Assembly: GCA_964626705.1 (NCBI GenBank)
Contig: CAZVGL010000001.1
Span: 87,643-151,642 of the forward strand
Length of the DNA: 64,000 nucleotides
Reading direction: 5' to 3'
From: an uncultured Candidatus Saccharibacteria bacterium
GTDB lineage: Bacteria > Patescibacteriota > Minisyncoccia > Phycocordibacterales > UBA2163
Each line of letters opens with the position of its first letter. Position 1 is the first letter of the stretch. Under the pieces are notes generated by a model. It ran no database searches. It saw only the letters and a program-made list of their open reading frames with translations, and had not been told where the DNA came from. Below are positions 35,939 to 46,100 of the stretch, piece by piece. The translations under genes and the position numbers were made by a program.

Positions 35939-37408
35939 ATGGATAAAAGAATTTGTCTTGTAATACCACCAGCAGCATTCCTCCTTAGTCAGAGGGTGTT
36001 CATGTATCTTGGAATATTAAAGATAGCAGCTGTGCTTGAGAAAGCAGAATGGAAAGTAGAAATGCTAGATCTTTCTGGCATAAGTAATTTCAATGAAGTT
36101 GCGATAGAGCATGCAAAAACTTCCAAAGCTAAGATTTTTGGATTCACTGCCACAACTGCACAGGTTCCTGTAATTATTGATATTGTAAATGCAATAAAAA
36201 CAGTTAGACCAGATATAAAAACAATCCTTGGTGGTCCTCACGTTGCGATAACATATGCAGCTTACAAAGCTTACAAAGCTGGAAAAGATGGAGTCAACAA
36301 CAGGACTGTAAAAGAAATGGGAGAGCTTAAAGATTCATTCGACACTGTAATCGCAGGGGATGGAGAAAAGGCAATTTTTGAAGCAATTAAACCAGACGCG
36401 CCTAAGATCATAGACGCAGATGACGTTGACTCAAGTCTTTTTCTTACAAGTGAAGAATTAAATTCTTTGCCGTTTCCGGCAAGGCATCTTATCGATGTAG
36501 ATACTTATAAGTATTCGATAGATGGAGTGTCTGCATTGTCACTTATCTCTCAGCTAGGGTGCCCGTTTAATTGTAGTTTCTGTGGAGGAAGAAAATCTCC
36601 AATGTTACGTAAGACAAGAGAGCGTACACCAGAGAATGTTGTTGAAGAAATGGTTCACATGTATAAAACTTTTGGACGTAAAGGTTTTATGTTCTATGAC
36701 GATGAGCTTAATGTGAGTAAGCAAATGACTCATCTAATGAACCTAATCGCTTTAAAACAAGAAGAGCTTGGAGTAAAGTGGTGTCTTCGCGGTTTTATCA
36801 AATCCCATCTTTTTACAGAAGAACAAGCTCGTGTGATGTACAAAGCTGGTTTCAGATGGATCTTAGTTGGTTTTGAATCAGGTTCACCTAAAATATTGGA
36901 AGCTATTAATAAAAGAGCTACATGTGAGCAGAATACACGATGTATTGAAATCGCTCATAAGTATGGACTCAAGGTTAAAGCTCTTATGTCAGTAGGTCAT
37001 CCTGGGGAATCTATTGAAACAATAGAGGATACAAAGGATTGGATCTTAAAGGTAAAACCAGACGACGTTGATTTTTCTTTAATAGCCCCATTTCCAGGTA
37101 CTGAGTATTATGATCAAGCTGTTTTAGAAGAAGATGTATGGGTATACGTTTGTAAGAAGACAAATGGGAGGCTTTATCAGACTGTAAGTGCTGAGAATTC
37201 AGGATTTTATAAAGGTAAACCAGGTCAATATAAGTCTTGTGTTTATACTGACCAAATGTCTTCTACCGAACTAGTTGTGGCGCGTGATGAAATAGAGAAT
37301 AAGATTCGTGAAGAATTGAATCTCCAGTTTAACCCAAGTGCTGCAGCTAAAATGTATGACCATTCTATGGGACAGTTACCAACTTTTATTCTCCGAACAA
37401 CAAATTAA
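35939..37408 (+). CDS. B12-binding-domain radical SAM enzyme (class B)
   Basis: CPFNCSFCGG is the CxxxCxxC motif. There is an N-terminal Rossmann-like B12-binding region. The RBS AAAGGAGAAGGGGG is present. Confidence 0.85.
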   Translation: MDKRICLVIPPAAFLLSQRVFMYLGILKIAAVLEKAEWKVEMLDLSGISNFNEVAIEHAKTSKAKIFGFTATTAQVPVIIDIVNAIKTVRPDIKTILGGPHVAITYAAYKAYKAGKDGVNNRTVKEMGELKDSFDTVIAGDGEKAIFEAIKPDAPKIIDADDVDSSLFLTSEELNSLPFPARHLIDVDTYKYSIDGVSALSLISQLGCPFNCSFCGGRKSPMLRKTRERTPENVVEEMVHMYKTFGRKGFMFYDDELNVSKQMTHLMNLIALKQEELGVKWCLRGFIKSHLFTEEQARVMYKAGFRWILVGFESGSPKILEAINKRATCEQNTRCIEIAHKYGLKVKALMSVGHPGESIETIEDTKDWILKVKPDDVDFSLIAPFPGTEYYDQAVLEEDVWVYVCKKTNGRLYQTVSAENSGFYKGKPGQYKSCVYTDQMSSTELVVARDEIENKIREELNLQFNPSAAAKMYDHSMGQLPTFILRTTN

Positions 37409-37410
37409 GT

Positions 37411-37447
37411 CCCCGCTATCTACTTTAAGATAGCGGGGCATCTTTGT
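37411..37447 (+). terminator. Terminator-like hairpin after the radical SAM gene
   Basis: CCCCGCTATCT-ACTTTA-AGATAGCGGGG forms an 11-bp stem. Confidence 0.6.
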
Positions 37448-37486
37448 AACATTTGCTTGTTTGTATGGTTATATTAGACTTAAAGT

Positions 37487-38563
37487 ATGATAGAAAATAT
37501 AGGTAAAATAAGAGTGTGTTTCTTTGGGTTTTATGACTCAAATTACAGTAGAAATAGAATAATGATGAAAGGACTCCGCGCGAATGGAGTCTCTGTTTTT
37601 GAGTGCAAAAGTGAGATGGTTGGCATAGCAAAATATATCGATCTTGCAAAAAAACATTGGAAGATAAGAAAAGACTACGATGTACTTTTTGTCGCATACC
37701 CTGGGTACATGGCAATACTTCTTGCAAAACTTATAACGCGTAAAAAAATAATGTACGATGCCTTCTTTTCTATATATGATTCAGTTGTTAACGACAGAGC
37801 TGTCGCAAGAAAGTTTAGCATAAGAGGATTTTATCATTGGTGTATTGATTATTTGTCTTGTGCTGTAGCAGATAAAATTATTCTAGATACAAATGCAAAC
37901 ATAGATTATTTTGTTAAAACTTTCGGTATTTCAAGAAATAAGTTTATAAAAGTGCTTGTCGGGTCTGACGATGATTTGATATTTCCGAAAGATGTAAAAA
38001 AGAAATCAGAAGATTTTCTGGTTCATTTTCATGGTGGTTTTAACCCTATGCAGGGGGTTTTATGTATTATAAAAGCTATTAATATTTTAAAGGATGAAAA
38101 TATTAAATTTAGGTTTGTTGGTAGGGGGCAAGAGCATAAATATGCTATAAACCTTGTAGAAAAGTTTGGCTTAAATAATATTGAATTTGTATCAAAAAAA
38201 GTTTCCTACGAACAGTTAAATGAATACATGAATGAGTCCGATCTATGTCTAGGTATTTTTGGTAATAACTCTAAAGCAAATATCGTAATACCAAATAAAG
38301 CTTACGAAGCCTTGGCTGTAAGAAAGCCACTGATCACACGCGACTCAAAGGCTATAAAAGAGCTTTTTGTAGATGGCGTACATTGTGTATTTTGTAAGCC
38401 AAACGACCCAGAAGATTTAGCAAGTAAAATAATGTTATTGTATAAGGATAAAGAATTGCGTGATAAAGTGGCTGAAAATGGCTATGATTTGTTTTTAGAT
38501 AAGCTTACTCCTAAGCTACTTACTAAGGATTTGCCAAAGCACTTGGAAGAACTTAATAAATAA
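37487..38563 (+). CDS. GT-B glycosyltransferase (GT4-like)
   Basis: The C-terminal nucleotide-sugar binding half (..FHGGFNPMQGV.., ..KAYEALAVRKPLITRD..) is present. Confidence 0.65.
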   Translation: MIENIGKIRVCFFGFYDSNYSRNRIMMKGLRANGVSVFECKSEMVGIAKYIDLAKKHWKIRKDYDVLFVAYPGYMAILLAKLITRKKIMYDAFFSIYDSVVNDRAVARKFSIRGFYHWCIDYLSCAVADKIILDTNANIDYFVKTFGISRNKFIKVLVGSDDDLIFPKDVKKKSEDFLVHFHGGFNPMQGVLCIIKAINILKDENIKFRFVGRGQEHKYAINLVEKFGLNNIEFVSKKVSYEQLNEYMNESDLCLGIFGNNSKANIVIPNKAYEALAVRKPLITRDSKAIKELFVDGVHCVFCKPNDPEDLASKIMLLYKDKELRDKVAENGYDLFLDKLTPKLLTKDLPKHLEELNK

Positions 38564-38568
38564 ATAAT

Positions 38569-39183
38569 ATGACAACTTGGGATAAATTTTACAAAGAAAA
38601 AATAACACAGATTTTTACTGATAAAAAATCAGTCATTGATATAGGTGGTGGTTTAAGAGTGTTAAAAAATCAAGGTAATAAATATGAAAAGAAAAATAAA
38701 TGGATCGTACCATTATTAGAAAAAGTTGATTATAAGATATTGGATCCGGTTGCAGATTTTAATCCAGATATTGTGGGAGATATTCACGATCTTCCTTTTG
38801 GTGATGATACGCAAGAAGCCGTAATATGCAATGCTGTTCTAGAGCACGTAGAAGATCCAGCTAAAGCAAGTTCTGAAATGTACAGAGTTCTTAAGCAAGG
38901 CGGGTATTTGTTTGTATATGTTCCATTCCTTTATTATTATCATGCTGAGCGTGGATACTATAAAGATTATTGGCGCTTCACAGAGGATTCTTTAAGGTAC
39001 ATGTTTAAAGATTTCTCACATTTTGAGATTCAAGGAGTAAGAGGCGCTTTTGAAACTTGGATTTATATAAGCCCTCTTGGTAGATATAAAGCATTAACAA
39101 CAATAGCAGGGTTTTTAGATAAGGTTTTTAAAAAAAATAAAAGTAAGCAAGTAAGTGGGCACTATCTTTTCTTAATAAAATGA
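38569..39183 (+). CDS. Class I SAM-dependent methyltransferase (type 11)
   Basis: VIDIGGG..DPDIVGDIHDLPFGDDTQEAVICNAVLEHVEDP..LKQGGYLFVYVP. Confidence 0.75.
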   Translation: MTTWDKFYKEKITQIFTDKKSVIDIGGGLRVLKNQGNKYEKKNKWIVPLLEKVDYKILDPVADFNPDIVGDIHDLPFGDDTQEAVICNAVLEHVEDPAKASSEMYRVLKQGGYLFVYVPFLYYYHAERGYYKDYWRFTEDSLRYMFKDFSHFEIQGVRGAFETWIYISPLGRYKALTTIAGFLDKVFKKNKSKQVSGHYLFLIK

Positions 39184-40271
39184 AATTAATATATATTGCA
39201 AATTCCCGCATGCCAACAGAGAAAGCGCATGGTATCCAAATAGCAAAAACATGCGAAGCTTTTGCGAATACTGGTGTTCAAGTAGAGCTTGTTATACCGT
39301 GGAGGATGAGCCCCATAAAAAAAGATATATTTGAGTACTATGACGTGAAAAGAAACTTCAAGGCTGTTACACTACCTTCTGTAGATTTTGTTAATTTTAA
39401 GCGTATAGGTTTTATTATCAATACTGTAGTTTTTAGTATAGTAAATTTTTGGTATCTAATCTTTAAAAAGGCAGATGTTTTCTACTCTCGTGATGAAATG
39501 CCACTGTACTTTATAGGTCTTTTTAGAAAGAGCGCTGTATACGAGGCGCATCTTCCTAGGTTTAATTTCTTCATTAAACATAGTAATAGTAAAATTATTA
39601 CTATTACAGAAGGTTTAAAACAATTCTATGCTAGTAAAGGGGTTGGTGGCGATAGGATGAGTGTTGCACCAGATGCAGTAGATATAGACAAGTTTAAAGT
39701 AGAGCTTAAGAAGTCAGAAGTCAGAGAAAGACTTAATATACTAACTGACAAAAAAGTTGTTATGTATATCGGCAGATTAGATAGATGGAAAGGAGCTGAA
39801 ACACTACTTAAAGCATCACGAAACTTAAAAGATGTACAAGTGGTTATAATAGGAGAAGGTAAAGAGGGGGTGAGACTAAAGGCAGAATATAAAGACGTTA
39901 TATTCTGTGGTATGTTGCCGTATCGGGACTTGGCATATAATCAACAGGCTGCAGATGTGCTTGTGGTCCCTAATTCTGGTAAGAGTGAAGTGTCGCGTTT
40001 ATATACGTCACCACTTAAGGTTTTTGCTCATATGACATCAAAAATCCCTATTGTTGCATCCGACCTGCCTTCTATAAGAGAGGTTTTAAACGAATCAAGT
40101 GCGGTGCTTGTTGAGCCAGACGATTCAGAGAAATTAGCAGAAGGTATTAAAAAAGTACTAGATGACTCTGTTTTTGCTAAAAATATTTCAGAAAAAGCAT
40201 ATAAAGATGTACAAGAATATAGTTGGGACAAAAGAGTAGGGAATATACTTAAATTTGTAGAAAATGATTAA
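39180..40271 (+). CDS. GT4-family glycosyltransferase
   Basis: GT-B C-terminal domain; overlaps the upstream gene by 4 nt. Confidence 0.72.
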   Translation: MKLIYIANSRMPTEKAHGIQIAKTCEAFANTGVQVELVIPWRMSPIKKDIFEYYDVKRNFKAVTLPSVDFVNFKRIGFIINTVVFSIVNFWYLIFKKADVFYSRDEMPLYFIGLFRKSAVYEAHLPRFNFFIKHSNSKIITITEGLKQFYASKGVGGDRMSVAPDAVDIDKFKVELKKSEVRERLNILTDKKVVMYIGRLDRWKGAETLLKASRNLKDVQVVIIGEGKEGVRLKAEYKDVIFCGMLPYRDLAYNQQAADVLVVPNSGKSEVSRLYTSPLKVFAHMTSKIPIVASDLPSIREVLNESSAVLVEPDDSEKLAEGIKKVLDDSVFAKNISEKAYKDVQEYSWDKRVGNILKFVEND

Positions 40272-40914
40272 AGATTTGCTGACAAAAAAAATAACACGAG
40301 ATATTTTAGATAAGTTCTTGTTAAAAAATAGTTCAGAAAAACTCACTTTAGATCTGGGTTGTTCTGGCTCACCATACTCCAAATATTTTAAAAATAGAAT
40401 AGGTTTTGATATAAAGGAAGGGGTAGGTGTTGATGTTGTAGGTGATGCTCACAACTTACCTTTTGAAGACAGTAAGTTTGATATTGTGCTGTGTACCGAA
40501 GTGTTAGAACATTTACATACACCACAGTTGGCTATCTCTGAAATGAAGAGGGTGTTAAAGAGTGGCGGTAAGCTTATCCTTACAACACGCTTTATTTTTC
40601 CGATCCATGACGCACCGCATGATTATTATAGATATACAAAATACGGCTTAAAACATCTATTTAAAGACTGGGAAGTACTGTCTTTGGAGGAAGAGGTGAA
40701 TACAATAAATACATTATCTGTTTTACTTCAAAGGATTGGTTATCAAACTCAATTGAAGATGAATAGCTTATCAAAAGTATTTATCTTTCTGCTTTCTAAA
40801 ATAGTTACATTGTTTTCTTTTTTAATAAAGAAAGAATATGAAGACATAGAAAGGTCAGTAGAAGAGAGCTATATTATGACATCTGGGTATTACATAGTTT
40901 GTAAGAAAAAATAA
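40264..40914 (+). CDS. Class I SAM-dependent methyltransferase (type 11)
   Basis: LDLGCSGSPY..VGDAHNLPFEDSKFDIVLCTEVLEHLHTP..LKSGGKLILTT. Confidence 0.75.
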   Translation: MIKDLLTKKITRDILDKFLLKNSSEKLTLDLGCSGSPYSKYFKNRIGFDIKEGVGVDVVGDAHNLPFEDSKFDIVLCTEVLEHLHTPQLAISEMKRVLKSGGKLILTTRFIFPIHDAPHDYYRYTKYGLKHLFKDWEVLSLEEEVNTINTLSVLLQRIGYQTQLKMNSLSKVFIFLLSKIVTLFSFLIKKEYEDIERSVEESYIMTSGYYIVCKKK

Positions 40915-40915
40915 T

Positions 40916-42034
40916 ATGAGAGTACTCATAATCACGCATACATTAGAAAAAAAATCTGGATGGGGGAGATATTCCACTGACGTTATTAGTGCGCTTATAG
41001 AAAATGATGTAGAAATCGTAGTTATATGTAATAAAGTTAATAAAGACTTTCCAAATATAAAGCAGTTTGCAATATTACCAGAGCCTTTTTTGTTTAGGAG
41101 GAATTATCTGGGGGTAATTTTCTATTTTATAAAGTTTTTAAAAATAAGAAAAAAAATAGGAAGTGTTAATATTGTCCATTGTTTTGTGGAGCCGTATGCA
41201 TTTTTCACATTTTTTGTATCGTGGATTCTTAGAGCACGATATGTAATAACTATACATGGGTCATTTGGCGTAAAAAGTTTCTACAATAGTTTATATAAAT
41301 TAATACAAATATTTTCCTATGAAAATGCATATAAGATTATTTGTATAAGTAATTATACTAAAAATAGAGTCACACAGTATGTCAAACTTAACAACATAGA
41401 GATTATACCAAATGGTATAGATATAAAACAATTTAATTCTTTAGAAGAACTTACGCAAACAAAAGAAGACACCATTCTAGGAGTAGGGGGGCTTAAGGAG
41501 AGAAAAGGATTTGATATTGTAATAAAAGCTGTAAACCTAGTTAAAAAAGATATACCAGGAATAAAATATTACATAGTGGGTACTCAAGAAGATAAAAAAT
41601 ATTTTTCATATTTAAGTGGTCTTATAAAAAAAAATGGATTGGAAGACAATATTTCTTTTCTTAAAGAGATAAGTGATAGTAAACTTAAGGAATTATACAG
41701 AAGGTCAAAAATATTAGTATTAACACCTGTTAGTAGTAAATATAATTTTGAAGGGTTTGGTTTAACATATTTAGAAGCAAATGCCAGCGGATTACCTGTT
41801 ATAGGGTCGTATGATAATGGAGGAGAAGATGCTATAAAGTATGGATATAATGGATTTCTTACTAAGCCACGAGATGAAAGAGACATAGCAGAGAAAATAG
41901 TAACTTTATTAAAAAATGATGGTTTATATAGTAATATGGTAAAAAATTCAGAAAAATGGGCGAAAAGCTTTTTATGGAAAGATATTGTAAAAAAATATAT
42001 AAATATGTATGAAAAATCTAATTCTACAAGATGA
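40916..42034 (+). CDS. GT4-family glycosyltransferase
   Basis: GFGLTYLEANASGLPVIGSYDNGGEDAI. Confidence 0.78.
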   Translation: MRVLIITHTLEKKSGWGRYSTDVISALIENDVEIVVICNKVNKDFPNIKQFAILPEPFLFRRNYLGVIFYFIKFLKIRKKIGSVNIVHCFVEPYAFFTFFVSWILRARYVITIHGSFGVKSFYNSLYKLIQIFSYENAYKIICISNYTKNRVTQYVKLNNIEIIPNGIDIKQFNSLEELTQTKEDTILGVGGLKERKGFDIVIKAVNLVKKDIPGIKYYIVGTQEDKKYFSYLSGLIKKNGLEDNISFLKEISDSKLKELYRRSKILVLTPVSSKYNFEGFGLTYLEANASGLPVIGSYDNGGEDAIKYGYNGFLTKPRDERDIAEKIVTLLKNDGLYSNMVKNSEKWAKSFLWKDIVKKYINMYEKSNSTR

Positions 42035-43271
42035 TTTTCCACCAGAAAGTTTTGGCGGAGCAGGAAACACCGTATTTAGTCTTGCAAAAGAACTTAAGAA
42101 AAAAGGTGAGGATGTTCGTATTATTACATCTACCCAAAACAGAGAAGATGAAGGAGAGGTAGAATATGAGGGGTTAAAAATTCACCGTATATATTCTAAC
42201 TACCATGTTAGATGGAGAGCGTATTTGAGCTTATACAATCCGTCTGTGGTACGAAAAGTTAAGCAAATAATGTTAGATTTTAAACCAGATATTGTTCATG
42301 CAAATAACATTCATTCTCATATTTCATACAAAACCCTCAAAGTGTCAAAACAGTCTGGCGCAAAAGTGATCCTTACAGCACATGACGTAATGCTGTTTCA
42401 TTACGGTAAGTTTACAGAGTACATTGATCCAAAAAAAATAAGTTGCGATTCTAATTATAAGATCAGTCCATGGACACAATTTAAGGTGCATAAAAGGCGC
42501 TATAATCCGTTTCGTAATATTATCATTCGGTATTATTTAAAATATTGTGATGGTGTCTATGCAGTAAGTAATGAATTAAAGAAAGTCCTTGAGCAAAACA
42601 ATATTAAAAATGTTGAAGTTGTTTATAATGGCATTGATACTAAAGTATGGACACCTCAAATTGCGGTAAAAGGTCTTTCCTCGGGGAACGAAGTGTACGG
42701 AGGTGAGTCCTTGAGGAGTAATTTGAATCTAACAGACAGAAAAGTTGTCTTACAGGTTGGCAGATTGAGTTGGACAAAGGGAAGTATGCAGATTATCGAG
42801 ATAATGAATTTGGTCAAAAAAAGTGTATCAAATTCAGTTTTGGTTATAGCTTCAAACAAAGATATTTATGGAAAAGAAATAGAGAGAGTCGCAAAAAAGT
42901 CTGGTGTAGAAATAGTCTTTACAGGGTGGCTTGATAGTGCAGATCTGCGTAATGTGTACAGCATGTCTGATGTGGTGGTGTTTCCGTCAGTGTGTTTTGA
43001 TACTTTTGGTATGGTTAATATTGAAGCTATGGCTATGAAAAAGCCAGTTGTTGCAACATGCTTTGGGGGTTCAAAAGAGGTTGTTGAAGAGGGTATAACA
43101 GGGTATATTAGGAATCCATACGATACAGAAAGCTTTGCAGAAGCCGTAAGTGATTTACTCGAGTCTCCTAGAAAAGCAGAAGAGTTTGGTGAAAGAGGGA
43201 GAAAGAGAGTTGAAGAAAACTTTACACTTAAGAAACAGGTTAATGTGTACATAGATATTTATAAAAGATAA
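42009..43271 (+). CDS. GT4-family glycosyltransferase
   Basis: FGMVNIEAMAMKKPVVATCFGGSKEVVEEGITG. Confidence 0.78.
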   Translation: MKNLILQDDFPPESFGGAGNTVFSLAKELKKKGEDVRIITSTQNREDEGEVEYEGLKIHRIYSNYHVRWRAYLSLYNPSVVRKVKQIMLDFKPDIVHANNIHSHISYKTLKVSKQSGAKVILTAHDVMLFHYGKFTEYIDPKKISCDSNYKISPWTQFKVHKRRYNPFRNIIIRYYLKYCDGVYAVSNELKKVLEQNNIKNVEVVYNGIDTKVWTPQIAVKGLSSGNEVYGGESLRSNLNLTDRKVVLQVGRLSWTKGSMQIIEIMNLVKKSVSNSVLVIASNKDIYGKEIERVAKKSGVEIVFTGWLDSADLRNVYSMSDVVVFPSVCFDTFGMVNIEAMAMKKPVVATCFGGSKEVVEEGITGYIRNPYDTESFAEAVSDLLESPRKAEEFGERGRKRVEENFTLKKQVNVYIDIYKR

Positions 43272-43272
43272 T

Positions 43273-44304
43273 ATGCTTTATATTTTTACAAAATCAACAA
43301 GAAACGCAGGTGGTTCACGCCACAGAGCTTTTCTTGTTGCTGATTTTTTGAAGAAAGAGGGTTATGAATCAAAGCTTATAGTACCTGCAGTCTATAATAA
43401 AGATGTCAGTAGATTCAAAGCTCGTTTAATATATTTAAAAACAATTTTTTCACTTAGAAAAAAAGACGTGGTGTTTCTACAAAATCCTATTTTTAGTACA
43501 TATTTTATTATCGCTATTATAATAGTGAAGATAGTTTTTCGTCCTACGATTATTTTTGATTTTGATGATGCTACTTGGGTCCAGAACTCTATTGCGCCAA
43601 AAGTATTAGCGATGTTTTCTGATAAGTTTATTGTGGCGAGCCATCACCTTGCAAAGTGGTCTTGGATTCGTAGTAAACCAGTCATGGTAATGTCGAATTT
43701 GGTTGATTATTCTCTTGCAGAGAAATATAAAGTCGTAAAAGATAGCGACAAGGTTGTGATAGGTTGGATTGGTGGTGCTGAAAAAAGTATTAAGAACTTG
43801 GAACTATTAGTACCCGTCCTACAAAAACTAGCAGATAAAAAATTACCAATAATATTTAAAATAGTTGGAGCAGGACACTCTGGTAAGGTTCAAGATATGT
43901 TTGATGCTACGGGTGTTGAAACAGAGTATGTTGAAACACTTGATTGGGGTAAAGAAGGTGAGATACAAAAGGTAAACAATTCCTTCGATATAGGAGTTTG
44001 TCCGCTTTTAGATAATGATTCAAACAAAGCAAGGTGTAGTTTAAAAGTGCTTGATTATATGGCGTCAGGAGTACCTGTGGTTATATCACCAGTCGGGGAG
44101 AATAAGTATTTTATAGAAGGGGAAGTGGGAGGTTTTTTACCTAAAAATGAAGACGAATGGGTAGAGGATCTAGAGAGGTTAATACTAGACAATGAGCTTA
44201 GAGAGAGGAAGGGTAGAGAAGCAAAAGAAAGACTTATTAAAAACTATAGTTATCAAGGTAATATGGGAAAATATATTGATTATTTAGGACTTAATTCTAA
44301 GTAA
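43273..44304 (+). CDS. GT-B glycosyltransferase (GT4-like)
   Basis: LKVLDYMASGVPVVISPVGEN. Confidence 0.65.
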   Translation: MLYIFTKSTRNAGGSRHRAFLVADFLKKEGYESKLIVPAVYNKDVSRFKARLIYLKTIFSLRKKDVVFLQNPIFSTYFIIAIIIVKIVFRPTIIFDFDDATWVQNSIAPKVLAMFSDKFIVASHHLAKWSWIRSKPVMVMSNLVDYSLAEKYKVVKDSDKVVIGWIGGAEKSIKNLELLVPVLQKLADKKLPIIFKIVGAGHSGKVQDMFDATGVETEYVETLDWGKEGEIQKVNNSFDIGVCPLLDNDSNKARCSLKVLDYMASGVPVVISPVGENKYFIEGEVGGFLPKNEDEWVEDLERLILDNELRERKGREAKERLIKNYSYQGNMGKYIDYLGLNSK

Positions 44305-45246
44305 ATTCTTTATTTTTGTTTTAATTCCGTGTTTACGCATTATTTTATATAAGTTTTTTACATATATAGCTTCTGTCTCTGTACACGTATCAGAACTAAT
44401 ATATTTTTGGACTAGGTGTTTATACCAACTCAAAGCATTAAAAAGCTCAAAGATTGAAAGCGGTTTATTATTAACGAAATTCACAAGATTTATCAGTTTC
44501 TTTCTGGGTATATTTATAAAACGTGCAACACTGCGAGCATTTACATCTAGAGCTCGTTGTTCTTGTATAGGTTGTGTGTGAGACATTTGTGTTACTGATT
44601 CTGGTTGTATTCTGTGTTGCGTAAGTATTGTTGGAATATTTACACATTTTTTACCGCGCAATAAAAGTCTGTCCCACAGATCATAATCTTCCACATACAG
44701 ATAGTTATTATCAAGACCACCAATTTCTACAACAACACTTTTTATTAATGTAACAGCTGACATAACAAATTGTATTTGAAGAAGAATGGGAAACTTAATT
44801 TCCTCGTGTGTAAGTGGTTTTTTCTTTTTGCCGATTATCTCTCCGCTTTCATCTATTAGTTCAACATAGCTACCAACAAAATCTATATCCTTGTTAGATT
44901 CTAAGAATTCAACTTGTGTAGTAAGTCGGTCGGGGAGAGCGACATCGTCTGAGTCTAGGATCGCAAGGTATTTACCAAGCGATTTTTCAATAGCGACATT
45001 TCTTGCTATCACAGAACCGGAATTCTTATCTAGTCGCATTGATTTAATACGATTATCCTTCTTTTTATATGAATCTATAATCTCTGCAGTTCTGTCATTT
45101 GAAACATCGTCGGCAATAATAAGTTCCCAATTAGAATATGTTTGAGATAAAATACTCTCTATTGCTTCAGCGATATATTTATCCGCATTATATGCAGCCA
45201 TTATTACTGACACAAGAGGTTTATTGTTTTTTATATTTGTATCCAT
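44284..45246 (-). CDS. GT2-family glycosyltransferase
   Basis: VSVIMAAYNADKYIAEAIESILSQTYSNWELIIADDVSNDRT is the GT-A DxD region. Confidence 0.82.
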   Translation of the reverse strand: MDTNIKNNKPLVSVIMAAYNADKYIAEAIESILSQTYSNWELIIADDVSNDRTAEIIDSYKKKDNRIKSMRLDKNSGSVIARNVAIEKSLGKYLAILDSDDVALPDRLTTQVEFLESNKDIDFVGSYVELIDESGEIIGKKKKPLTHEEIKFPILLQIQFVMSAVTLIKSVVVEIGGLDNNYLYVEDYDLWDRLLLRGKKCVNIPTILTQHRIQPESVTQMSHTQPIQEQRALDVNARSVARFINIPRKKLINLVNFVNNKPLSIFELFNALSWYKHLVQKYISSDTCTETEAIYVKNLYKIMRKHGIKTKIKNLLRIKS

Positions 45247-46097
45247 GTTGGTGGTACGATGTCATCGTTCGAAAGTTTTGGATCTTTAAACCATGGTGTA
45301 GATGGTGTAATAACCACTTTATCTTTACGAGGGTCGAGCCATGCACCCCACCAGCTAAAAGTACTGTTTGACGTAATATGTCGTCCACACATACTCATAA
45401 GGACTAATTCCTCCCAGTCTTTTAGGTTATATCCTGATACAAAAATCATTTTATGTGGTGTTTTTAGGTTCTCTTTTACCCACCCTATGTCGTCAGAAAA
45501 TACAAAGATCTCTGGGTCATTAAGTCCTTCTACAGCTTTTGAGATCGCACTGTGATAGTAATCCAAGCTACATGAGCCAAGCACTGCAGCAACTTTTTTA
45601 TCTGTAACATAATTACCGCGACGAATATGAAGAGATATGCTCGATTCGCTCATTTTATCACCAATTTCCTTTGCAACAGGGCTTATAGTTTCGCGAGTGG
45701 TGAACTCTTTTCGCACAATGTCTTCAATACCATCAAGATATTTTTCACTTTGCCAATTACCATCAAGGTATACAGATTTTTTTATATTAAGTATTTCGGG
45801 GTTGAAATTAAATTTTTCCTCTTTAATATAAACAGGGTCGTCAACCGTAGGTTTTTTATTGAAAAATGAGACAAAACTTTTTTTCTTTACACTTTTTTTA
45901 AATTTTTCTATTTCTTCTGCTGTCGCAATATTTTCTTTAATATTTAAACTTTTTAGACTATAGTTATGCCACTCATAATCTGCAAAATCAGAAATATCTA
46001 ATTTAAGTTCCATATTGTTTCTTTCAGCAAGATTTTTACCAAGTGCATACTGAAACATTTGGTTACCAAGTCCACCAATTATTTTTGTTATAATCAT
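45231..46097 (-). CDS. GT11-family alpha-1,2-fucosyl/colitosyl-transferase
   Basis: IIGGLGNQMFQYA is the GT11 motif I. It sits beside a GDP-deoxyhexose pathway. Confidence 0.82.
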   Translation of the reverse strand: MIITKIIGGLGNQMFQYALGKNLAERNNMELKLDISDFADYEWHNYSLKSLNIKENIATAEEIEKFKKSVKKKSFVSFFNKKPTVDDPVYIKEEKFNFNPEILNIKKSVYLDGNWQSEKYLDGIEDIVRKEFTTRETISPVAKEIGDKMSESSISLHIRRGNYVTDKKVAAVLGSCSLDYYHSAISKAVEGLNDPEIFVFSDDIGWVKENLKTPHKMIFVSGYNLKDWEELVLMSMCGRHITSNSTFSWWGAWLDPRKDKVVITPSTPWFKDPKLSNDDIVPPTWIQI

Positions 46098-46100
46098 ATT

